53,997 nt of DNA from a virus (lineage: Duplodnaviria > Caudoviricetes). The position numbers and the translations under genes are program-made. The stretch spans positions 1 through 53,997 of IMG/VR virus record IMGVR_UViG_3300033153_006956, one strand, 5' to 3'. Of this stretch, positions 1-7,155 are shown one piece after another (position 1 is the stretch's first letter; every line of letters begins with the position of its first letter). The notes below the pieces were generated by a model, which worked only from the letters and a program-made list of their open reading frames with translations, was not told where the DNA came from and did not search any database.

Positions 1-342
1 GATACTAGAGGATACTCTATGTCCTTGTTGCGGCAAGTCTTTTGCCCGTTTGTTTTTTGCTGCGAGACATTCGGACTGTAGGTTATAATCGTCAGTATCG
101 AAAAACTCTTGTTTCATGATTGTATCCTTTTTGTTGTTTTTCTCTCGGGTTTTTTTCTTTTTTTCTCAGCCAAAACCGCCAGGTAGAAGCATTTTTCAAT
201 CGGCAAATTATACTCTTTTGATTGTCCTTTTAACCGTAAACCAATCAGTTTAGGTTTTATGGTTACTACAATCGGCCTATATTTGCCAACTTCAAACATT
301 TCTGCTTCTGTTTCCCGTGTTACGTTTTTTTTGGTTTTTGTC
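1..342. repeat. Terminal direct repeat, left copy (matches 53656-53997 with 16 substitutions)
   Basis: Manual alignment of the two ends, from GATACTAGAGGATACTC to TTGTC. Confidence 0.95.
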
Positions 343-344
343 AT
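114..344 (-). CDS. Small basic hypothetical protein (duplicated in the terminal overlap)
   Basis: ORF track; likely ATG at 344 (MTKTKKN) after GAGG. Confidence 0.6.
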   Translation of the reverse strand: MTKTKKNVTRETEAEMFEVGKYRPIVVTIKPKLIGLRLKGQSKEYNLPIEKCFYLAVLAEKKRKKPERKTTKRIQS

Positions 345-480
345 TTTTTCACCTCGAAAAAATGCTTTACAGTAAACCCGATTCACTCTTCAAATAACTG
401 ATAGTCTCAATACATACTATCCTTGTCGATTTTTCCGCAATCGACCGATTTTTTTCCGGCGATTTTTTTCGCCGCTAATT

Positions 481-509
481 ATTATACGCTTCGCATTTTT
501 TTTGTTCAA
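481..509 (-). promoter_or_regulatory. Promoter TTGAAC-N17-TATAAT, member of the GAACAAA...CGTA promoter family
   Basis: Near-consensus -35/-10 with an A-rich upstream tract; the same architecture recurs at several intergenic sites. Confidence 0.75.
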
Positions 510-633
510 GATTTTTTTTGGTTTTTTTTTTCGATTTTTTCAAAATTTTTTTTCGTGTCATAGAACAGGGCCAGGCATTGTCGAGATACAACAAAAGAGA
601 TATTACTGATACTTATTTATCTTATTACCTTCA

Positions 634-657
634 GGAAATCAGGAATTATCACTCGCT
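634..657. repeat. 24-bp direct repeat GGAAATCAGGAATTATCACTCGCT, copy 1
   Basis: Exact match to 5807-5830. Confidence 0.9.
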
Positions 658-866
658 ACTTCCTCATCATTCACAATCTCTACTTCAGTCCATCCCGCCA
701 AATGAACCACCCTCCCATTCTCATCCTGACAAAATGAGTACATACCATCCAGATGGTCAAAATACACCACATCATCAGTCTTAATGGCCGGTGCTCCTGG
801 TGGCACGCTCATATCCCTATCCACTACCCTTATTTTACTGCCTCTTGGCACATCATACAGCTTCAT
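639..866 (-). CDS. Hypothetical phage protein (75 aa)
   Basis: GGAGG RBS; phage-like small beta protein (FDHLDGMYSFC). Confidence 0.7.
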   Translation of the reverse strand: MKLYDVPRGSKIRVVDRDMSVPPGAPAIKTDDVVYFDHLDGMYSFCQDENGRVVHLAGWTEVEIVNDEEVASDNS

Positions 867-870
867 TTTT

Positions 871-942
871 TCACCTCCATAAGTTCTGGTTTATCATATC
901 GCCGTTATCAAGTCGTTTGCCTCGAAATTTTATATTTCTCAT
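871..942 (-). pseudogene. Truncated YopX-like N-terminal fragment (MRNIKFRGKRLDNG)
   Basis: Matches the characteristic YopX start motif MRxIKFRGK; stop after 23 codons. Confidence 0.55.
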
Positions 943-1103
943 TTCTTCACCTCTGCTTTTTTCATCTCTTCCTAAAGACCAGCCGGTGGCCTGATTGGCT
1001 AAATCAGAGCTATCGTGCAGGAGTCGAACCTGCTCAGGCCGCCACAGACCATCATTTTCGCTGGCAACCACGCCACCACCGGCTTTATTCAGTTTTCAAT
1101 TTT

Positions 1104-1505
1104 TTAGCCACAACCAGAGCCAGAGCCGCAACCAGAGCCATAGCCATAGCCAGAGCCGCAGCCAGAGCCATAGCCAGAGCCACAACCAGAGCCATAGCCA
1201 TCCCCAGAGCCACCGCCAGAGCCATAGCCAGAGCCATCCCCAGAGCCACCGCCAGAGCCATAGCCATCCCCAGAGCCACAACCATCCCCAGAGCCGCAGC
1301 CATGGCCACAGTCATAGCCACAGCCATAGCCATAGCCAGAGCCATAGCCAGAGCCATCCCCAGAGCCACCGCCATAGCCACAATCATCCTCAGAGCCACA
1401 ACCAGAGCCATAGCCATAGCCGCAACCAGAGCCATAGCCATAGCCACAACCAGAGCCGCAGCCATAGCCACAACCAGAACCATCGCCATCCTTTATACTT
1501 TCCAT
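1104..1505 (-). CDS. Gly-X repeat protein (GSG/GYG/GCG/GDG), Cys-rich
   Basis: 6-bp periodic DNA, Gly at every second residue, overlapping the upstream DUF6948-like ORF as commonly seen in phages. Confidence 0.7.
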   Translation of the reverse strand: MESIKDGDGSGCGYGCGSGCGYGYGSGCGYGYGSGCGSEDDCGYGGGSGDGSGYGSGYGYGCGYDCGHGCGSGDGCGSGDGYGSGGGSGDGSGYGSGGGSGDGYGSGCGSGYGSGCGSGYGYGSGCGSGSGCG

Positions 1506-1864
1506 TGGGGGACCTCCTCTATACTTTCCTGTGCTTTCAGGGTACAGGGGATAATCTCGATTGTTTCTGTAAGCGTGATTTTTGAAACCGGCACAGAGAA
1601 TCGACAGCTTTTAGGTTTAGAAACCCCATCAGTGGCTAATTGTGATAGAGATGCCGCTCCAGCCCAATAGTGGATACGCCTGGAATTTACCAAAACAGAC
1701 TCTTTCCCTGCTCTTTTTTGCAAATACCCCACATGAACACCAGCTGAGTATGTGCGGATTACTACATACTCCATACCATCAAGCTGGTGTGCTCTTTGGT
1801 GAACACAGTCTTTGCGGATATATTCTACCTCATCAATTTTTATTGTTTTAACATCTGTACTCAT
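1493..1864 (-). CDS. DUF6948-like phage protein
   Basis: YVVIRTYSAGVHVG...RRIHYWAGAASLSQLA motif; AAGGAG RBS. Confidence 0.75.
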   Translation of the reverse strand: MSTDVKTIKIDEVEYIRKDCVHQRAHQLDGMEYVVIRTYSAGVHVGYLQKRAGKESVLVNSRRIHYWAGAASLSQLATDGVSKPKSCRFSVPVSKITLTETIEIIPCTLKAQESIEEVPQWKV

Positions 1865-1939
1865 AATACTCTCCTTTTCAGTTTTCTTTTTACCTTCGAT
1901 TTTCTTTTTGTTTTTTTTTTATGCCCCCATATCCCTTTC

Positions 1940-1976
1940 AAAAGAGGGCTGAGTGCCCCTGACACGACACCCAGCC
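1940..1976 (-). terminator. Putative intrinsic terminator after the E1 gene
   Basis: GGCTGGGTG/CACTCAGCC stem followed by CTCTTTT on the minus strand. Confidence 0.5.
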
Positions 1977-2000
1977 ACACACGAGATGAAGGAGATGAGT

Positions 2001-2759
2001 TCATTTTGGCCTCGTTTCTTCCAGACCTAGTGGTATAGTTGACATTCTTTGAGTCTCGAATATAAAATCTCTCACTAATGGTATTTCATTGAGCCAGTTC
2101 GCCAATTGAGATACCATTAGACCTGCTGCAATACAGGCCCCATACATCGTCATTCTATCCGTACAACTGCCGTCAAATGCCTCTGTATCACTAAACAATG
2201 TTTGGCGATAGTAGTCTCTTGCGGCCCCGTCCGCCAGTGGAATAGTGATTATCCTCATCACTCTGGTCGTCATTCGGGCATCAATCCACAACCCCTGCAA
2301 ATTCTCTTTCGGGTATAATGGTGTTGTCGGAAAGGCTGTTTTGGTCTTTGCCTCCATTGTCACCTTCTGCCATATCGCTTCCCTTGCCTGCATCTTGTCA
2401 ACACAGCAGAAAAATACATCCGTAGCTAGAAGGTATTTAGGAAGCACCTTTTCAAATTCCCAGAAGAAACCACTAAAAGTGGTGTCCTGGGTGGTCAACT
2501 GGTGTTCAAGGATATGGGCTTTGTGGTGTCTAATATCCCCCCTATCCCACCCTTGAGTCCCTACATTCTTCAGCTCCACCTTGTCGGGGTCAGCTCCATA
2601 CAGCTTCTTGTGCCCCATTGCCGCCAGAAGAATAGCGACTTGCCGACCAACTGCCCCAAGACCAGCTATGCCGATTGTTAATCCCCGATACTTTTGCAGG
2701 GGTAAAGAATCCTTAAACCGCAAATCTGCTGTCTCTTTTTGTTTCTTATTTTGTGTCAT
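2001..2759 (-). CDS. ThiF/E1-like ubiquitin-like activating adenylyltransferase
   Basis: GLGAVG nucleotide-binding loop, DPDKVELKN..TQ, CCVD, DARM and a C-terminal GSCT Cys. Confidence 0.88.
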   Translation of the reverse strand: MTQNKKQKETADLRFKDSLPLQKYRGLTIGIAGLGAVGRQVAILLAAMGHKKLYGADPDKVELKNVGTQGWDRGDIRHHKAHILEHQLTTQDTTFSGFFWEFEKVLPKYLLATDVFFCCVDKMQAREAIWQKVTMEAKTKTAFPTTPLYPKENLQGLWIDARMTTRVMRIITIPLADGAARDYYRQTLFSDTEAFDGSCTDRMTMYGACIAAGLMVSQLANWLNEIPLVRDFIFETQRMSTIPLGLEETRPK

Positions 2760-2827
2760 TTTTCATCTCCTCATTCAAGTATCATTATCTCATTTGGTTT
2801 AAGCATAGATTCCCCTTAGAATTTTAC

Positions 2828-3853
2828 TCATTCCCACCCATATTTTAGCATTTCTAGTTCCTCGTCAGTATATTCCTCATCAAACCGGCTGTTCTTTAGT
2901 CCCATACTGGCGAGGCTGGCCTCCCTGTTGGTGTCTTTATTTGTTACCTGAAATATCTTACTTTTGTTACCTTGTTTGTTTTTATTCTTTCTGGTGTTGC
3001 CTTTTCTTCCGCTGTTTTTCTTCCCAGTAACTCTCACCTCTGCCGCACGGAGGGTAAGTGGGTCAAAGTCCTCGACAATCCGTCCCCATCTCAATATTTC
3101 CACCGGAGTGTAACCTTTCGTTCTGGCGATATTGTATTCTGTCAGTGTCAAGATGGTAGATGACCTTATCCATTCGCTTATTATATATTGTTTTATCCCC
3201 TGTTGGCCAGCAGATTGAACGAGTCTTTTCCGGTAAGACTCGCCACTACGGGGGTTTTGGCGGAATCCTATTTGTCTCCCCTCCATTACAGTAGGCGATT
3301 GTAGAGCTGGTGCGGGTCGTTTGATATTTTTTTTGTATTCTTTGTTCCACTCACTACTTTTTGCGTCCCAAATAGAGGACGTCCAGTCTACATACAGAGT
3401 CAAGGGCACGGCGGCGTGCATTTCTATTCCTGGTATCTTCAAGGCTGCATGGAGTTCAGCAAAATGTTCTTCGCCACCCCCAAGTATTATCATTATGGCA
3501 TAGTCCGTTCCCCTCAAAAGTTTATCTTCAAGAGTCGAAATATCTACAGAGCTGGGAGATGGTTTCCCAGCAGAAAATGGATGAGTGTGAATCCATACCC
3601 GCATACAGTTGGATGGGTCAACCCCCCGCCTGGCGTTCCTCTCCACATGTTTTGCCAGTGCCATATCTTCTAACTCTGTAGTTGCAGAGGTATTCTCTTG
3701 ACTAACGGTTTGGAAGTCAATAACAGTTAGCGGATTCTCTTTCTCGGTTATCCCAAATCCGCTAATCTCTAAATTACCGGCTTTCTTCATAAACCATCGT
3801 ATTTTGGCCCATGCTGTTGGTGAAATTGTGAGTCTTTTGTTTTCTTTTTTCAT
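2828..3853 (-). CDS. JAB/JAMM (Mov34/MPN) metallopeptidase with a long C-terminal extension
   Basis: N-terminal Glu in LEISGFG and a WIHTHP...PSSVD metal-binding motif. Confidence 0.85.
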   Translation of the reverse strand: MKKENKRLTISPTAWAKIRWFMKKAGNLEISGFGITEKENPLTVIDFQTVSQENTSATTELEDMALAKHVERNARRGVDPSNCMRVWIHTHPFSAGKPSPSSVDISTLEDKLLRGTDYAIMIILGGGEEHFAELHAALKIPGIEMHAAVPLTLYVDWTSSIWDAKSSEWNKEYKKNIKRPAPALQSPTVMEGRQIGFRQNPRSGESYRKRLVQSAGQQGIKQYIISEWIRSSTILTLTEYNIARTKGYTPVEILRWGRIVEDFDPLTLRAAEVRVTGKKNSGRKGNTRKNKNKQGNKSKIFQVTNKDTNREASLASMGLKNSRFDEEYTDEELEMLKYGWE

Positions 3854-4929
3854 TGGTCTTTCCTTTCATTTTTGGTATCCTTCATATCTTTCATATTCTC
3901 CACGTTCTCCACGTTCTCCACGTTCTCCATGCAGCGTGGACATTTATCCAGACAGTTAATGCAAAGTGTGCTTCCGCACTCAGAACATGCGGCAGAGTGC
4001 TCTTGACAAATTTGTCTCCCACAGGAACTACATGTTTTCTGGGAGTAAGAACAAAGAGAGCAAAGAACTCGTGCCTTTTTTTTCGTCTCCGCACAAATAT
4101 AACAGTGCATGGTAGTCCTCTTAGGGGCACATTTCTTACAGTATGTAGTACCACATGTATCACAAGCAACTATTTCCTCCCGTGGAACCCATCTCCTACA
4201 GTGCCCCTCGGAGCACCAACCGCCTTGTTGGTCAGTGAACGTCACCAGGGGGGAATAGGCTCCTCTCGCACTGTAATTTTTCAGTATAATAACGAATGTG
4301 TTATAGGCGGTAATAATATCCCAGTTCACGGTAGCATGAGCCATAAGCTGGGCTGATTGTCCCATACACAGGTTCCCCATAGAGGCGTGGGGATGGAGTC
4401 TACCGGAACTTCCCTTGTGTGGCACATCTGTTGCTTTCAACCTGAAATTTAGTCGGCCCCCCTCTTGTCTTTCCCCCATAACATGTACTACAAAATGGTT
4501 AAACGGCACTTTCAATCCTCTATGGGACAAGATTATAGTCGGCTGTGGGATATCAAGAGAAAACCACGAGTGAGCCGGATTATCAGAAAATTCCAATACC
4601 CATCCATCCGGTAAACTATTGAAAAATCCATCCAGGTTTCTTTTAGATAGATACCCCTTAAAGTGGTCTCCCACGACCATAGCTGCTCTTATCGCTAGAC
4701 GGTGGGCATCAACTAACTTATGGGCTGCCGATTCTAGCGCGGAGGCCATGCCAATCCAACTTTCACAACTTCTCGCTTCCGCGACTCCCTCTCTGATTAT
4801 CCTCAAACCTCGTCTCCTCGGGAGTGTACTGAGCTGTCGTATTTTAGCCCGAAATGCTTTCCCCGCCAGTTCTGGACTATGTTCACTGGTGAAGACAGTT
4901 TTTGTTTTCTCTTTTGTTCCCTTTACCAT
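3850..4929 (-). CDS. Prokaryotic E2-like protein fused to a multi-CxxC zinc-finger tail
   Basis: HPHASMGNLC resembles the E2 HPN...GxIC active site; about 10 Cys/His ligand pairs at the C-terminus; likely start 4929 after GGAG. Confidence 0.7.
   Translation of the reverse strand: MVKGTKEKTKTVFTSEHSPELAGKAFRAKIRQLSTLPRRRGLRIIREGVAEARSCESWIGMASALESAAHKLVDAHRLAIRAAMVVGDHFKGYLSKRNLDGFFNSLPDGWVLEFSDNPAHSWFSLDIPQPTIILSHRGLKVPFNHFVVHVMGERQEGGRLNFRLKATDVPHKGSSGRLHPHASMGNLCMGQSAQLMAHATVNWDIITAYNTFVIILKNYSARGAYSPLVTFTDQQGGWCSEGHCRRWVPREEIVACDTCGTTYCKKCAPKRTTMHCYICAETKKKARVLCSLCSYSQKTCSSCGRQICQEHSAACSECGSTLCINCLDKCPRCMENVENVENVENMKDMKDTKNERKDQ
3895..3930. repeat. 9-bp tandem repeat encoding ENV x3
   Basis: TTCTCCACG repeated. 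Confidence 0.8.
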
Positions 4930-5020
4930 TTTATCATCTCCAAAAAAGCTGGGGTTATTCACCTTTATGGGTCCTTTATGGTTTTGGAATAACCCCAGCA
5001 CCCAAGATTGATTACAGGAG

Positions 5021-5266
5021 CTATACTTCCTTTGCTCCCTTCATATTGCTGGGGACGATAATGACAAAGTCCCCATCCTTAAGTACGCATTTTGAAGGCT
5101 CGGGGACAGGCTCACCGTTGACAACAACCGACAAGTTCTTGGGGTTTTGAATCCCCAGTTCGCCGTAGAGAGCTTCCTGTGCTGTCATTCCCTTTGCAAT
5201 CTGGACTACCCTAGTTGACCCCGTGCCTTTATTACTGACCAGTGTGATTTTACCGTTCATACCCAT
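5021..5266 (-). CDS. ThiS/MoaD-like beta-grasp ubiquitin-like protein
   Basis: 81 aa; VVVNGE...LKDGDFVIIVP...KGA signature; AAAGGA RBS; first gene of the E2-JAB-E1 run. Confidence 0.85.
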   Translation of the reverse strand: MGMNGKITLVSNKGTGSTRVVQIAKGMTAQEALYGELGIQNPKNLSVVVNGEPVPEPSKCVLKDGDFVIIVPSNMKGAKEV

Positions 5267-5293
5267 TTTTCTGTTCCTTTCTTGTCTAACTAC

Positions 5294-5530
5294 TTAATTA
5301 ACCTCTTTTACCACTATTCCCCGACCCCTCGCCACTGTTTTTACCAGGTTTTTATGCTTCGTAGTTGTTATACAGTGGAAAATACTGGACTCGGGCATCA
5401 CAATCTCATCCCCGTCCCACCTCGCAATAACAACCCCATACGACTTCAGGTTTTCCCCATCCGTACTGATTGCCCCTTCCAACGGATAGCCACTTAGGAA
5501 GGCTGAAACTACATCTATATTCTTTGCCAT
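5294..5530 (-). CDS. Hypothetical phage protein (STDG..LKSYG..IA motif)
   Basis: ORF track; likely start 5530; an in-frame hydrophobic segment lies upstream from 5656. Confidence 0.6.
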   Translation of the reverse strand: MAKNIDVVSAFLSGYPLEGAISTDGENLKSYGVVIARWDGDEIVMPESSIFHCITTTKHKNLVKTVARGRGIVVKEVN

Positions 5531-5702
5531 AGGCAATCCCCTTTCCCCCATCTCCATCAAACTATCAATCTTTGCATCTATACTTAGCCACACAATCACA
5601 ATAGTAGTGTATAAACATACCGCTAAAATCAAATTATTAGTATTATGGTTTTTCATTTTTTCCTGCCTTATCCTCGAAAATTTTTTATTTTTTTTCCTAC
5701 AC

Positions 5703-5733
5703 TTTATACGCCGCACAAAAAAAAAGTTTGCAA
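5703..5733 (-). promoter_or_regulatory. Putative promoter for the ubiquitin-like block (TTGCAA...GCGTATAAA)
   Basis: Shares the GCGTATA -10 element with the other promoters; -35 and spacing are weaker. Confidence 0.5.
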
Positions 5734-5806
5734 AAAAATAAAAAATTTTTCGCAAAAAAGTTAAATCGTATTATCTTTTTATCATTTTTGAGATAAAAAA
5801 ATCGCC

Positions 5807-5830
5807 GGAAATCAGGAATTATCACTCGCT
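5807..5830. repeat. 24-bp direct repeat, copy 2
   Basis: Exact match to 634-657. Confidence 0.9.
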
Positions 5831-5870
5831 GACTGTCCGGCTAGAAATGCACCCCTGCAAATAAAAACCG

Positions 5871-5975
5871 CTATTCTTCACAGTAAAGGGGCATACCCCC
5901 CTTATAGTGGTCTGGTTTTGGTCTCGGCAACACCCACGCTAGGTTTTTCTTTTGTGTCTCACTATTATATCCCAT
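5871..5975 (-). pseudogene. 34-aa ORF, possibly a truncated gene (MGYNSETQKKNLAWVLPRPKPDHYKGGMPLYCEE)
   Basis: Manual translation; coupled to the upstream stop and ends about 40 bp from the 24-bp repeat. Confidence 0.4.
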
Positions 5976-6339
5976 TTTTGAACTCCGGCGGTAAAATTAC
6001 ATTCGATGGGCAATCCGTGAACATTTTCCCTATTTTGCAGGGGGAAATTCCAGCTAACCCTGTCCCAATCGGTGTTACTAGAAATACCAACTCTGGGCGT
6101 GCTCGTGCGTAGGACAAAAAAGATTTCACATACTCGTGGATAACACAGAGAGGTAAAGTCTTTAAGTTTTTATCTTTTGTAGGGATAGCGAAGGACTGAC
6201 CTTGTAACCCATACCCCTGTCCATACACAGCCCCAAACTCTTCTGCCGCCTGCTTTGCCGCACCCGCACCGTGTCTACCCGCCTCATTCGACCCAAACAC
6301 AAAAATCTCGTTATCTTTTAGCTCTGTGATAAATTCCAT
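5965..6339 (-). CDS. A1S_2505-like phage protein (macrodomain-like)
   Basis: EIFVFGSNEAGRHGAGAA...VTPIGTGLAG motifs; likely start 6339. Confidence 0.75.
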   Translation of the reverse strand: MEFITELKDNEIFVFGSNEAGRHGAGAAKQAAEEFGAVYGQGYGLQGQSFAIPTKDKNLKTLPLCVIHEYVKSFLSYARARPELVFLVTPIGTGLAGISPCKIGKMFTDCPSNVILPPEFKNGI

Positions 6340-6818
6340 TATTCTACTTTTTGCTCCACTAAACATATTGTATCGTTGTGGTCTCCACCGTGACAAACCA
6401 GACAAACCGCTATCTTCTCGAACCCTCTACTCTTCGACATCCCCACGCTATCATACCCCAAACTGATAACCCTTGCCCTGTCATTCAGTATTCCTGGCAA
6501 AGCATTTTTAATTTTAGTGAGGTGTCCAATATACTTGCCGTTATACTTTTCTCTCGACTTGCGGATGTTGTATGGTGGGTCAAGAATCACGGTATCAAAT
6601 TGCAGGGGGGTGGTAGTAACAAACTCGAACGCATCACTGCACACATCGGGTCGGAACTCATTGGACAAATCAACCCTGAACTCATTTACACCAAGTCTGA
6701 CTTTACCCGCAAATAAATTGAGAGTCTTGCCCACGCACCAATGCTCAACCCACGTTTTGAGTTTCGGCTGCTCAAAAGTCCATCGTTTAGGGGGTTGTTG
6801 TAGATATGTTATTTCCAT
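6339..6818 (-). CDS. Small amino-methyltransferase-like protein
   Basis: LNLFAG (SAM-binding) and DPPY catalytic motif. Confidence 0.7.
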   Translation of the reverse strand: MEITYLQQPPKRWTFEQPKLKTWVEHWCVGKTLNLFAGKVRLGVNEFRVDLSNEFRPDVCSDAFEFVTTTPLQFDTVILDPPYNIRKSREKYNGKYIGHLTKIKNALPGILNDRARVISLGYDSVGMSKSRGFEKIAVCLVCHGGDHNDTICLVEQKVE

Positions 6819-6929
6819 TTTTCTTTCCTTTCAATTTTTTTCGCCTCTTTTTAGAGAAGACTCTGTCGTAGTTTCGTCCATACTCTTCATGACTTACGAA
6901 GCAGGGTCGTCTGCGGCTTCCCTTACTCA

Positions 6930-7151
6930 TTATTTTTTACTCCCGAACCAATGTATTCCAAGCCAAACCATAAGTCCTATCATAATCCATCCAAACAACG
7001 GCTGTGCTGTCCACCTGTGGGTGACGTACTGGCTGAGGGTGGGAAGTGGTTTGTAGACAGCCAAGAATAAATCCGTCAGCCCCACCACCAGTATCAAACT
7101 AATGCCAATCCATCCCGTCACTTTGAATGGTTTTGTTTTCCACTTGTCCAC
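6930..7151 (-). CDS. Small two-TM membrane protein
   Basis: Two hydrophobic segments; AAGGAGG RBS. Confidence 0.65.
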   Translation of the reverse strand: MDKWKTKPFKVTGWIGISLILVVGLTDLFLAVYKPLPTLSQYVTHRWTAQPLFGWIMIGLMVWLGIHWFGSKK

Positions 7152-7155
7152 GCTG

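Noticed and set aside
1-342. Diversity-generating retroelement TR/VR pair (A-biased mismatches between the end copies)
   Set aside because: No reverse transcriptase or Avd is present, 5 of 16 mismatches are not at adenines of the would-be template, and the copies are contig ends where errors are expected.
1104-1490. CRISPR array or satellite repeat
   Set aside because: Degenerate hexamer periodicity with no constant repeat and unique spacers; explained by coding for Gly-X.
753-1670. Long alternative-frame ORFs (ARAIA, SHSQ, MALAV, WLWL repeats)
   Set aside because: These are shadows of the stop-free 6-bp Gly-X repeat; only the Gly frame fits strand and gene context.
2001-2759. Thiamine/molybdopterin biosynthesis (ThiF/MoeB with ThiS/MoaD) as auxiliary metabolic genes
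   Set aside because: No ThiG, MoaE or other pathway genes, no terminal GG, and E2-like and JAB genes lie between the two.
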